Positions 36,667-46,067 of a DNA stretch of 64,000 nucleotides are shown piece after piece; position 1 is the first letter of the stretch, and each line of letters starts with the position of its first letter. A program made the position numbers and the translations under genes. Under the pieces are notes generated by a model. The model saw only the letters and a list, made by a program, of their open reading frames with translations, was not told the DNA's origin and did no database searches. Source of the stretch: Bdellovibrionales bacterium (GTDB lineage: Bacteria > Bdellovibrionota > Bdellovibrionia > Bdellovibrionales > JAKFYE01); contig OZ220494.1 of the NCBI GenBank assembly GCA_965116215.1, positions 1,658,235 through 1,722,234 on the forward strand, written 5' to 3'.

Positions 36667-38241
36667 ATGAAGACACAAAAACGACAGACTTCAGACTTTC
36701 GCATTGAAAAGTTAGACGCCAAAGATCTTATGACAAAAACTTTGTATGTCTTTTTGCCTTATAGCCGAATAAAAACATGGACCTCTCATTTTTTATTTAA
36801 AAATATTAACCCTCATTACCTCGATCAACTCAGAGACCAATTGAAAGATGAAGGATGGAAAAAATTCACAACTGTATCTTCAGCTTCTCGTTCTGCTTCA
36901 TCAAAAGGAAAATTGAACATATCCGATGTGTTTTCCAGAAAGATTCTGTCAGCATCGACGGAATACGGAACACATCTGCGCCTTCAATTTTTTCCTAAGA
37001 CTCTCGAAGCTTACCAACTTCACACATGGATGCGTAAAAATATAAAACTAAAAGGTTGTCATGTAGGTATTTGTATCCAAGATCTAAATGTTACATTCCA
37101 AATGAAAATCGTGGAAGCACTCGCCTCTTTCAATGAGATTTCTCAATGGAAGAGTCCTCAGTATGGGAAGGCCGATCTCAAAAAACCCTCTCTCAAGAGA
37201 CTTTCATCTATAACTTTGATGACAACTGTATCGAAACAGATTTTACAAAGGACTATCAAGAGGGGCTTAGCTTTGGGGCAGGGGAATAATCTCGTACGTA
37301 CATTGGCGATGACACCTTCTAACTTTCTAACTCCAAAACTCTATCTCAATATCATTAAAAAAAGGGCGACTCAAAAAAAGTATAGGGTGGAGTTTTGGGA
37401 TAAGAAACAATTAAAAGTATTCAAGGCGGGAGCTTTTCTGTCCGTTGCACAAGGGAGTAAAAATAGGGAATCGGGAATTGTGCATCTTTCCTATAAACCT
37501 CAACGCACTAAGGGCAGGGTCGCTCTTGTAGGTAAGGGTGTGTGTTTTGATACAGGAGGGTATAATCTGAAGCCTGATAACTATATGCTGACTATGCATA
37601 GAGATATGACGGGATCTGCAGTGGCTCTTGCTCTCTTTGAGACACTGCTCGAATACCCCTTGGAAATTCATGCCTACTTAGGGTTAGTGGAAAATCTCAT
37701 TTCCGAAGAAGCTTCTCATCCCAATGAGGTTGTTGTGGCCTCCAATGGTACATCTATTGAGATTGTCAATACAGATGCTGAAGGGCGTATGACCTTAGCA
37801 GATACATTAGCTCTATGTCGAAAATCAAAACCAGATTTAATTTTGGATTTTGCAACTCTTACGGGAGGGGCTGTTTATAGTATAGGCACACGACGTTCTG
37901 CTATTTTTTCCAATCGAGAAAAATATCTCAAGTTAGGGTATGAATGTGGACAATTGAGTGGGGAGCGTGTGTGGGGCTTTCCCAGTGGTGGGGACTTTGA
38001 AGAGAAACTCAAATCAAATATTGCAGATACTCTACAATGTAGTTCATCTCGTGGCATTGATCACATCCTTGCAGCGACCTTCTTAAGACGATTTGTAGGA
38101 GAAGAGACTCCTTGGATTCATATGGATCTTTCTTCTGAGTCGAATCAGGGAGGCCTAGGGCTTGTTGAGAATGAAGTGACAGGCTACGGTGTCCGTTGGG
38201 GTTTTGAGGTTGTAAAATCATTTTATAAATTAAAAACTTAA
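36667..38241 (+). CDS. pepA: Leucyl aminopeptidase (M17)
   Basis: VGKGVCFDTGGYNLKP, MHRDMTGSA, VNTDAEGRMTLAD, ATLTGG. Confidence 0.85.
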   Translation: MKTQKRQTSDFRIEKLDAKDLMTKTLYVFLPYSRIKTWTSHFLFKNINPHYLDQLRDQLKDEGWKKFTTVSSASRSASSKGKLNISDVFSRKILSASTEYGTHLRLQFFPKTLEAYQLHTWMRKNIKLKGCHVGICIQDLNVTFQMKIVEALASFNEISQWKSPQYGKADLKKPSLKRLSSITLMTTVSKQILQRTIKRGLALGQGNNLVRTLAMTPSNFLTPKLYLNIIKKRATQKKYRVEFWDKKQLKVFKAGAFLSVAQGSKNRESGIVHLSYKPQRTKGRVALVGKGVCFDTGGYNLKPDNYMLTMHRDMTGSAVALALFETLLEYPLEIHAYLGLVENLISEEASHPNEVVVASNGTSIEIVNTDAEGRMTLADTLALCRKSKPDLILDFATLTGGAVYSIGTRRSAIFSNREKYLKLGYECGQLSGERVWGFPSGGDFEEKLKSNIADTLQCSSSRGIDHILAATFLRRFVGEETPWIHMDLSSESNQGGLGLVENEVTGYGVRWGFEVVKSFYKLKT

Positions 38242-38291
38242 GGTAGTTATATGGAAAACTGTTATTTTTATAAGTTGTTAAAAGGTCAGCG

Positions 38292-38756
38292 ATGGACGTT
38301 AAAATTATAAATTCTCCAACGGGAAATTTAAGACTCAGGGGTGATAAAAAAGCTGTGAGAGAAATTTCATGGACTCGAGAAAAAAGAAAGGCAGATAGAC
38401 TTCCATTATCTCATGCTTTAAATAAGGCAGCTAAAGAGCTGAATGAATATTTTTGTGGAAAGCGAAAAATATTTTCTTTCCCTATTGCTTTTAAAGGAAC
38501 AATTTTTCAAAAAAAAGTTTGGACCGCTCTTCAAAAGATCCCCTATGGAAAAACTGTCAGTTATCAAGATATTGCTATAAGAGTTGGCTCCCCTCGATCG
38601 GCACGCGCTGTAGGTTTGGCTAATAATAAAAACCCTCTTCCGCTCATTATTCCCTGTCATCGTGTGATTGGAAAGAACGGTCATCTTTTGGGGTTTGGTT
38701 CAGGTTTGAATAAAAAGAAATGGCTTTTAGAGCTTGAACGCTTATCGATAAATTAA
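38292..38756 (+). CDS. ogt: Methylated-DNA--protein-cysteine methyltransferase
   Basis: IPYGKTVSYQDIA, ARAVGLANNKNPLPLIIPCHRVIG (PCHR active site). Confidence 0.85.
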   Translation: MDVKIINSPTGNLRLRGDKKAVREISWTREKRKADRLPLSHALNKAAKELNEYFCGKRKIFSFPIAFKGTIFQKKVWTALQKIPYGKTVSYQDIAIRVGSPRSARAVGLANNKNPLPLIIPCHRVIGKNGHLLGFGSGLNKKKWLLELERLSIN

Positions 38757-38917
38757 AACGGTACCTTGTCAAAATATATCTTTTCTATTAGTTTTTTATA
38801 AATCATATAAAATAATTGCTGATTTCAAAGAAAAGAGGGGACTCAGTTATTTAAATGGATTAAAGGTAAAGTCATCGAGCTTAGGGGAATTGAAACAGAG
38901 ATGCGGAGGTTATTGAG

Positions 38918-39889
38918 ATGGGTCCCATTTCAAAGTTTATCGATCACCATTATCATCACTTCAATAGTGCCGCACTCAAAGACGCTGCAATAAGCTACAA
39001 ACATCATGTGGACCAAGGTGGGTCTATGTTTCTAACCATCGCTGGAGCTATGAGTACGGCTGAGTTAGGTCGTTCCCTTGCTGAAATGATTCGTCAAGAG
39101 AAGGTTCATGCGATTTGTTGTACAGGTGCTAATCTTGAAGAAGATGTTTTTAATTTAGTGGCTCATAATCATTATCGCAAAATTCCAAACTATAGAGATT
39201 TGATGCCAAAAGATGAGGAAAAACTCTTAAAGGAGAAGCTCAACCGAGTCACGGATACATGTATTCCAGAGGAAGAGGCCATGAGGAAGATTGAGCGTCA
39301 CTGTTTGGAAATTTGGCGTATGGCGGATAAAAGTGGAAAACGTCTCTTTCCACATGAAGTCCTCTATCAGATTTTACTCTCCGATCGTCTGACTCACGAA
39401 TATCAAATTGATTCAAAAAACTCTTGGCTTCTTGCTGCTGCACAAAAAAATCTCCCTCTATTTGTTCCTGGGTGGGAGGATTCTACTTTGGGAAATATGT
39501 TTGCCGCCGAGGTTTTGAATGGAAAGATTAAAAACACTGATACTTTACGTATGGGTATAGAGTATATGATTTCTTTGTCCAAGTGGTATCAAGAGGTCAG
39601 CTTCAATAAAGATATAGGTTTTTTTCAAATTGGTGGGGGCATTGCAGGAGATTTTCCTATTTGTGTTGTACCTATGTTAGAACAAGATTTAAAAATAAAA
39701 GAGGTAAAGCGGTGGAGTTATTTTTGTCAGATTAGTGATTCGACAACGAGTTATGGATCCTATTCGGGGGCTGTCCCAAATGAGAAGATAACATGGGGTA
39801 AACTAGATGTGGATACTCCAAAGTTTATTATTGAATCTGATGCGACAATTGTGACTCCTCTTATTTTTGCCTATGTTTTAGGTTGGTAG
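38918..39889 (+). CDS. Deoxyhypusine synthase family protein (bacterial DHS-like)
   Basis: 323 aa; MFLTIAGAMSTAELG, ICCTGANLEEDVFNL, WGKLD. blocks characteristic of the DHS fold. Confidence 0.7.
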   Translation: MGPISKFIDHHYHHFNSAALKDAAISYKHHVDQGGSMFLTIAGAMSTAELGRSLAEMIRQEKVHAICCTGANLEEDVFNLVAHNHYRKIPNYRDLMPKDEEKLLKEKLNRVTDTCIPEEEAMRKIERHCLEIWRMADKSGKRLFPHEVLYQILLSDRLTHEYQIDSKNSWLLAAAQKNLPLFVPGWEDSTLGNMFAAEVLNGKIKNTDTLRMGIEYMISLSKWYQEVSFNKDIGFFQIGGGIAGDFPICVVPMLEQDLKIKEVKRWSYFCQISDSTTSYGSYSGAVPNEKITWGKLDVDTPKFIIESDATIVTPLIFAYVLGW

Positions 39890-39962
39890 TAAAAAAATGG
39901 ATGACAGTGTGTGAAACGCCTGTCTATATGAGACCAATAAACTCAACAAGATTTGGTGAACT

Positions 39963-40631
39963 ATGAAAATGTATGCAGCAGAAAATAGCAAGGAATTAAA
40001 TGAGTATTTAAGATTAACTTTCTTTTCAAAGGATCCTCTACTTGAGAAAGCTCTCCAGTTAGCTAGAGAAAAAAGTCTACCTAATATAGAACTTAGCTTA
40101 TATGACGCTCATCTGTTGTATGTTTTGACAAAAGCGAACCATGTGAAGATAGCTGTAGAGATTGGAACCCTTGGTGGATATTCAGGGCTTCATATCGCTA
40201 GGGCATTACCTGATGACGGGCATCTTTATACTTTTGAAAAAGACAAAGACCATGTGGAGTTAGCAGAGGATGTTTTCCAGCGAGCTGATTTAGAAAAAAA
40301 AGTGACTGTGATTCAAGGGGAGGCATTGAAAACCTTGCCCTCTATTGAGTCGAAAGGTCCCTTTGATATGGTTTTTGTTGATGCAGATAAAAATAATTAT
40401 CCTAATTATTTTCGTTGGGCTCAGAAAAATATCAAAGTAGGGGGGATGATTTTAGGAGATAATACTTTGGCCTTTGGACATATTACAGATAAGGAGTTTC
40501 ATGATGATGATTTAAGAGAACAAGTTGAAAGCTTAAAGACTTTTAATCATCTCTGTGCTCAAACAGAGGGATTTACAGGAATGATGATCCCTACAGGTGA
40601 GGGTTTGACATTATCTGTGCGTACAGAATAA
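39963..40631 (+). CDS. Class I SAM-dependent O-methyltransferase (caffeoyl-CoA OMT-like family 3)
   Basis: VEIGTLGGYSGLHIA (SAM motif I), FDMVFVDADKNNYPNYF, GGMILGDN. Confidence 0.75.
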   Translation: MKMYAAENSKELNEYLRLTFFSKDPLLEKALQLAREKSLPNIELSLYDAHLLYVLTKANHVKIAVEIGTLGGYSGLHIARALPDDGHLYTFEKDKDHVELAEDVFQRADLEKKVTVIQGEALKTLPSIESKGPFDMVFVDADKNNYPNYFRWAQKNIKVGGMILGDNTLAFGHITDKEFHDDDLREQVESLKTFNHLCAQTEGFTGMMIPTGEGLTLSVRTE

Positions 40632-40795
40632 CAGTGATAACTATTTAACAGAGAGATTCATTAGAAAGTAAGATTAGAGGACAGAAATAGGGCCAGTTCT
40701 TTTTGTAGTCTCTCAAGTAACGGCGTGATATTTGAGTAAGGTATTGAATCGTAGTGTTGAAATATTTAAATTCGGCTAAGGTGGAATAAATTAAA

Positions 40796-41599
40796 ATGAG
40801 TTTAAAAAAAACATTTACAAATAAAGTGGCATTCATAACGGGGGGGTCCGAGGGCATTGGGAAAGCCCTTGCTGACGAATTAGTTTCTCTAGGTACAGAT
40901 GTCACTATTTTTTCAAGACATCAGGGCAAGTTAGATACAGCTCTATCTCATTTAGAAACGTTACGAGTTAGAGAGGGGCAGAATATTGAAGCATATAGTT
41001 TAGATGTGACGAATGTAGGTCAAGTCGATCAAAGGTTAGAGACTTTGATATCTCAGAGGGGTTTACCAGATTACGTTTTTAATTGTGCTGGATTTGCTAG
41101 GCCAGGATATATTTATGATCTAGATTTGAGTTATTTCAAAAAAATGATGGATGTAAATTATTTTGGAATTGTTAATGTGTGTAAGGTACTGGTTCCTCAT
41201 TTGATGAAAAGGAAGAGCGGACATATTATTAATACATCTTCTATGGCGGGTTTTATTGGGCTTTTTGGATATACGGGTTATTGTGGTAGTAAATATGCTG
41301 TTAATGGGTTCAGTGAGGCACTTGGGCGGGAGTTAAAGCCTTATGGGATTAGAGTTTCTGTCCTTTGTCCTCCGAATACGAACACACCTGGTTTGAAAAC
41401 AGAAAATGAATATAAGCCTCGAGAAATTTTAAAAATAGAAGAAAAGGCTCAGCCTGTTGATGCAGATATTATTGCTAAAGCAACGTTAAAGGGAGTGATG
41501 CAAAGTAAAACTATCATTTTACCTACAGTAGATAGTGTTTTGGGTCACTTTTTAAGTCGATATACGCCATATCTTTTAAATCAGTTTATTAAGCGTTAG
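40796..41599 (+). CDS. Short-chain dehydrogenase/reductase, 3-ketodihydrosphingosine reductase-like
   Basis: ITGGSEGIGKA, NCAG, SSMAG...YCGSKYA catalytic set. VLCPPNTNTPGLKTENEYKP resembles the [11 protein letters not shown]..KP segment of eukaryotic KDSR as I remember it. The SDR call is firm; the substrate call is tentative. Confidence 0.8.
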   Translation: MSLKKTFTNKVAFITGGSEGIGKALADELVSLGTDVTIFSRHQGKLDTALSHLETLRVREGQNIEAYSLDVTNVGQVDQRLETLISQRGLPDYVFNCAGFARPGYIYDLDLSYFKKMMDVNYFGIVNVCKVLVPHLMKRKSGHIINTSSMAGFIGLFGYTGYCGSKYAVNGFSEALGRELKPYGIRVSVLCPPNTNTPGLKTENEYKPREILKIEEKAQPVDADIIAKATLKGVMQSKTIILPTVDSVLGHFLSRYTPYLLNQFIKR

Positions 41600-41648
41600 A
41601 AGTATGTGCCTGTGAGGGCATACTTCATTTTGGGCTTTGTTTTGAGAG

Positions 41649-41681
41649 CCTTCAGAAAAACTCTCTGTTCCTCATATCCTC
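41649..41681. repeat. Mosaic repeat, locus 4 (isolated tail fragment)
   Basis: gttttgagagccttcagaaaaactctctgttcc matches cgttttgaaaaccttcagaaaaactcttccctg (2351-2383). Confidence 0.5.
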
Positions 41682-41923
41682 TTAGAAGTTCAATGTGAGT
41701 TAGGTCTTATGTCTACTGGAAGACAGAACATAGAGAAAAAATCCCGTAAAGATCCCCTTACTCGAAGAGAAAAAGTTAAAAGGACGGTGTTATTAAAGTG
41801 TCATAAACTGCAATTCATAGTAAATTAAATGAGTTGGAGTTTTCAAAAAAATAGGGAAATATGAGCCAAGTCTGTCGGCCCCACTGGTGTTTACCGTCAG
41901 CAGTGCTTAATGATGACTAAAAT

Positions 41924-42748
41924 ATGGAAACCATTTTTCTAAAGTCCAGAGAAGATGTAGGTGTTTTTGATCTACTCGGAAAAGACTCTAGTGATTTTTT
42001 AAACCGAATATGTTCTCAGAAAATCATAGGGGAGAAGATCGCTCATGGGGCTTTTTTAACTCCAAAAGGAAAAATACTTGTGCTTTTTTCTGGTCGAAGA
42101 ATAAAGAAAGGGTGGAGACTTTATATTCGTAAAAAACAAATTGCGAAGCTAAAAGTGCATTTGGAGTCTTACTGTTTTGGTGAAGCCATAGAATGGAAAG
42201 TCAGGGAAAAGATACATGTCCATGAAATACGTTCTTTGATTCCCTTGAAAGTTCCTATTGAAAACCATATGCCAGCCCCCTTGTGGAAAAATGGATTAAA
42301 AGGGATCTATATAGAATCGGAAAAAAAAAGTGTAAGGGATCTTTTCTCTAGTTATAAAATTCAAAAGTTAGAATCTTGGATGCGTATTGAAGGAGGATTG
42401 CCCTTGGACCCAGACGAAATCGGAGAAAGTCATTTTCTCTTTGAGATGGAAAGTGAGATCTATTACTGTAGACATAAGGGATGTTACCCTGGACAGGAAG
42501 TTATTGAGAAAACTTTGAGTCGTGGACATATTCCCAGGAGATTAGTTGTTCTTTACTCTGAAAATATAAAAAAACCAAAGTTGCCCTGCCCTATTATGTA
42601 TAATGGGACTAAAGTTGGGGAGTTAGTCAGTTTTTCTCAAAAATCAAATGCAGAAAACGTTTCTTTTGCGTATGTACTGACTAAAGTTCTGAAATGTGCT
42701 CAAAGAGAATTTCAAATTCATGAAGGCTGTCTCTTTTTGAGACGCTGA
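41924..42748 (+). CDS. ygfZ: YgfZ/GcvT-like folate-binding protein
   Basis: HKGCYPGQEVIEKT is the K-G-C-Y-x-G-Q-E signature. 274 aa. Confidence 0.75.
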   Translation: METIFLKSREDVGVFDLLGKDSSDFLNRICSQKIIGEKIAHGAFLTPKGKILVLFSGRRIKKGWRLYIRKKQIAKLKVHLESYCFGEAIEWKVREKIHVHEIRSLIPLKVPIENHMPAPLWKNGLKGIYIESEKKSVRDLFSSYKIQKLESWMRIEGGLPLDPDEIGESHFLFEMESEIYYCRHKGCYPGQEVIEKTLSRGHIPRRLVVLYSENIKKPKLPCPIMYNGTKVGELVSFSQKSNAENVSFAYVLTKVLKCAQREFQIHEGCLFLRR

Positions 42749-42923
42749 AGGGAAATCAATAAAGTCATGTCACACTTTATTTCTAAAAAAAGAAAAAACT
42801 TTTCTCTCTTTGTTCATTATAAATTAGAATGTGACGATAAGTGTTAAAGTAAGATTTCTTGCTTGGGTCCTTAAAGTTCCCTTATAATTGAAATCTTAAA
42901 AGGGCATCAATCAGGAGGGCAAT

Positions 42924-43694
42924 GTGAGGTTAAAAGGTATTTTTTTAATTTATTCTGTTCTGGTTTTCAATTTGGGTTGTACTGCGAAAGGGCAGCTGAA
43001 AAAAACATTAGAGGAAAATCCAGATATTGTTTTAAATATGATTGAAAAGCATCCATTGAAGTTTATGGAGGCTTTTAATAAAGCTGCAGGTGAGGCACGT
43101 AAAGAGCAGTTGAAGAAGGATGAGCTACAACAGGCAAAAGCTCTTGAAAATGAATTTAAGAACCCTAAAAAGCCGGTTATTGATCAAAAGCGAGCATGGG
43201 GAAAGGCTGATGCAGAGGTCACTATTGTTGAATACTCGGATTTTCAGTGTCCATTTTGTAAAAGAGGTGCTGAAACTATAGAGCAGATTATGAAAAAGTA
43301 TGGAGATAAAGTTAGAGTGATTTATAAGCATTTACCGCTTGCATTTCACCAGGAGGCTGAGTTAACGGCTCAATACTATGAAGCTATTGCTTTACAGAGT
43401 ATGAAGAAAGCTAAAAAGTTTCATGATTTGGTCTTTGCTGAACAACCTAGAATAAAATCAGAGAAAGAAAAGTTTTTGAATGCAATGACTAAAAAGGCAG
43501 GTGCGAATCTTTCTCAAGTGAAGAAGAATTTGAAATCAAGTAAGATCAAGGAGCTTATCGAAGCTGATAAGGCTGAAGCGGCTAAGTTTGGCTTTTCAGG
43601 AACTCCTGGGTTTTTAGTTAATGGTGTTTCTGTTAGAGGAGCATTTCCCTTTGCTCATTTTGAAAAGATTATTGATCGTCATCTTCAAAAATAA
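42924..43694 (+). CDS. DsbA-family thiol:disulfide oxidoreductase, lipoprotein
   Basis: Lipobox VFNLGCTA; active site FQCPFCKR (CxxC); thioredoxin-fold GTPGFLVNG. Confidence 0.75.
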   Translation: MRLKGIFLIYSVLVFNLGCTAKGQLKKTLEENPDIVLNMIEKHPLKFMEAFNKAAGEARKEQLKKDELQQAKALENEFKNPKKPVIDQKRAWGKADAEVTIVEYSDFQCPFCKRGAETIEQIMKKYGDKVRVIYKHLPLAFHQEAELTAQYYEAIALQSMKKAKKFHDLVFAEQPRIKSEKEKFLNAMTKKAGANLSQVKKNLKSSKIKELIEADKAEAAKFGFSGTPGFLVNGVSVRGAFPFAHFEKIIDRHLQK

Positions 43695-43721
43695 TTTTCT
43701 CTTGTTGAGACTGGATAACAA

Positions 43722-43752
43722 AAAAGACCTCTTCTTTTGAGGTCTTTTTTTT
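43722..43752 (+). terminator. Rho-independent terminator after the dsbA-like gene
   Basis: aaaagacctc (43722-43731), loop ttctttt, gaggtctttt (43739-43748), running into a T tract up to 43752. Confidence 0.7.
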
Positions 43753-43862
43753 GTATCCCAGAATAGGGCTAGGTATGCGATGAATGATTTTAGACTGTAT
43801 GTTGTTAATATATGAGGGCTCTTTTCTGCTTTGTAAAAAATTAAGAAGCCTCAGAATGGACA

Positions 43863-44777
43863 ATGGGTGAAGAAATGATTAGAAAGAAGGCTATGGGAAA
43901 ACCTGACTGGCTTAAAGTGAGAGCCCCTGGTGGCGAAAAATATTTAAGAATTAAAGATATGTCAGAGCGATTGCAACTGGCGACTGTATGTCAGGAGGCA
44001 CGTTGCCCGAATTTAGCAGAATGCTGGAGTGGCGGAACAGCCACTTTTATGCTTATGGGAGATGTGTGTACGCGTGGGTGTCGATTCTGTGCAGTTCGAA
44101 CGGGAAATCCCAAAGGGCAGTTGAATAATGAGGAACCGGAAAGAATAGGGGCAGCTATTTCTCAGATGGGCCTACAGTATGTTGTTTTGACAAGTGTGGA
44201 TCGTGATGATCTTCCCGATGGTGGAGCTGATCATTTTGCTCGTACAGTAGAGACGCTTCGAAAATATAATCCAGATATCATCGTTGAGGTCTTAACTCCT
44301 GATTTTAAATGTAACCGTTTGAGTATTGCCAGATTAGTTTCCGCAAAGCCTGATGTATTTGCTCAAAATATAGAAACTGTGGAGTGGTTAACTGATCGAG
44401 TTCGAGATCCACGTGCAGGATATTGGCAAACTTTAAATGTTTTAAATAGTGTCAAAGAGTTGGCCCCTGATCGCTACACCAAAACGTCCCTTATGCTAGG
44501 GCTTGGTGAAAGTTCTAAAGATATTATAAAGACTCTTAAAGATTTACGATCTATTGATTGTGATATTGTCACCTTTGGTCAATATTTGCAGCCAACTAAA
44601 AGGCATCTGAAAGTGGAGAGGTTTTATTCACCTATAGAATTTAAGAAATGGAAAAAAATAGCAGAAGAGATGGGTTTTTTATACGTGGCCAGTGGCCCTC
44701 TTGTAAGAAGCAGTTATCGGGCGGGAGAGTTGTTTATGAAGGGTGTTATTGAGAAACAAAAAAAATCATCTCATTGA
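43863..44777 (+). CDS. lipA: Lipoyl synthase
   Basis: CEEARCPN-type auxiliary cluster (CQEARCPNLAEC) and radical SAM CTRGCRFC. Confidence 0.93.
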   Translation: MGEEMIRKKAMGKPDWLKVRAPGGEKYLRIKDMSERLQLATVCQEARCPNLAECWSGGTATFMLMGDVCTRGCRFCAVRTGNPKGQLNNEEPERIGAAISQMGLQYVVLTSVDRDDLPDGGADHFARTVETLRKYNPDIIVEVLTPDFKCNRLSIARLVSAKPDVFAQNIETVEWLTDRVRDPRAGYWQTLNVLNSVKELAPDRYTKTSLMLGLGESSKDIIKTLKDLRSIDCDIVTFGQYLQPTKRHLKVERFYSPIEFKKWKKIAEEMGFLYVASGPLVRSSYRAGELFMKGVIEKQKKSSH

Positions 44778-44801
44778 GTCGTTTCGACAGGAGGACAGTA
44801 A

Positions 44802-46058
44802 ATGGCTATCAAAGATATTCAATTACCAGAAATTGGCGAAGGAGTGACTGAAGGAGAGTTGATTCGATGGCTGGTGAAACCAGGTGATAAGATTGAAGAA
44901 GATAAACCCCTTGTTGAAGTGATGACAGATAAGGCGACAGTTGAAATTCCGAGTATTGTCAGAGGGACAGTGAAAGAGGTTCGTGCCTCAGAAGGGGAGA
45001 CAATTGAAGTCGGGCAAGTGATATTGACTGTAGATTTAGAAGGGGTGACATCTCCTAAAGAGACAGCATCATCTGTGGACACGACTGTAGCATCACTGCC
45101 CGTTAATTCTAAGTTGTCTCCAAAGAGAACAGAGGAGGCTTTTAAAACCTCTCCTCCAGTTGACTCCAAAGTTTTAGCTGCGCCTTCGACACGAAGGTTG
45201 GCTCGAGAGATGGGTGTAGATATCAATACCATTACAGGGACAGGAAATGTTGGTCGAGTGACGAGAGAAGATGTTTTAAAAAGTGTAAAAAAATCTGATG
45301 GAATTTATATTTCTCAGCAGGCTTCTTCGAGTATCTTTTCTCAAGCGGAGAAAGTCTTAGAAGACAGAGTTCCTCTTCGTGGTATTCGAAAGAAGATAGC
45401 TGAAAAAATGCAACTTTCCAAACAGATCATTCCACATTTTACATTAATGGAAGAGGCTAATGTTTCAGAACTTGTTCAATTGAGATCCAAACTCAAACCT
45501 CTAGCTAAAGAACGAGATATAAAGGTCACGTATCTTCCCTTTGTGATAAAAGCATTGATAACAACAGTTCGTGAGTTTCCAATATTTAATGCTTCAATTG
45601 ATGATGAAGCCTCAGAGATCCTTTATAAAAAGTATTTTAATATTGGCTTTGCCGCAAATACACCACAAGGGTTAATGGTTCCTGTTATTAAGGCGGCTGA
45701 TCAAAAGTCCATTTGGGAGTTAAGTAGAGAGATTGTTTCACTTTCAACAAAAGCGAAGGAGGGTCAGCTGGCTCTTGATGAAATGAGAGGGGCCACTATT
45801 TCTATAACAAATATCGGAAGTGTTGGGGGGTCTTATGCTACACCCATTATTAATCATCCAGAGGTGGCTATTTTGGGGATATATAAAATAACCAAAAAGC
45901 CAGTTTTTCTAGAGGGACAAGTGACAGAAGGGCATATGATGAATGTTACAATAACGGCGGATCATAGATTAATTGATGGAGCTGTGGCTGCGTATTTTTT
46001 AAAGGCACTTGTTGGTCGATTGGAAAATCCTGGACTGCTTATGTTGGATTTAACTTAA
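44802..46058 (+). CDS. Dihydrolipoamide acyltransferase (E2 of a 2-oxoacid dehydrogenase complex)
   Basis: Lipoyl domain EVMTDKATVEIPS, E3/E1-binding domain APSTRRLAREMGVD, catalytic DHRLIDGA. Confidence 0.9.
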   Translation: MAIKDIQLPEIGEGVTEGELIRWLVKPGDKIEEDKPLVEVMTDKATVEIPSIVRGTVKEVRASEGETIEVGQVILTVDLEGVTSPKETASSVDTTVASLPVNSKLSPKRTEEAFKTSPPVDSKVLAAPSTRRLAREMGVDINTITGTGNVGRVTREDVLKSVKKSDGIYISQQASSSIFSQAEKVLEDRVPLRGIRKKIAEKMQLSKQIIPHFTLMEEANVSELVQLRSKLKPLAKERDIKVTYLPFVIKALITTVREFPIFNASIDDEASEILYKKYFNIGFAANTPQGLMVPVIKAADQKSIWELSREIVSLSTKAKEGQLALDEMRGATISITNIGSVGGSYATPIINHPEVAILGIYKITKKPVFLEGQVTEGHMMNVTITADHRLIDGAVAAYFLKALVGRLENPGLLMLDLT

Positions 46059-46067
46059 AATAGGGGA

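Noticed and set aside
41709-41828. 39-codon basic mini-ORF (MSTGRQNIEKKSRKDPLTRREKVKR...) in the SDR-ygfZ spacer
   Set aside because: It has no convincing Shine-Dalgarno sequence, no recognisable family, and sits in an AT-rich spacer. I cannot distinguish it from chance.
43669-43863. 64-aa minus-strand ORF between dsbA-like and lipA. Also 40645..40905 (-) overlapping the SDR start, and 27844..28026 (-)
   Set aside because: The first spans the intrinsic terminator hairpin and the lipA promoter region. All three are short and motif-free, and they conflict with better-supported features.
44802-46058. Naming the E2 as pyruvate, 2-oxoglutarate or branched-chain specific
   Set aside because: A single lipoyl domain plus a generic catalytic DHRxxDG motif does not discriminate between these, and there is no E1 context. 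The call is left generic.
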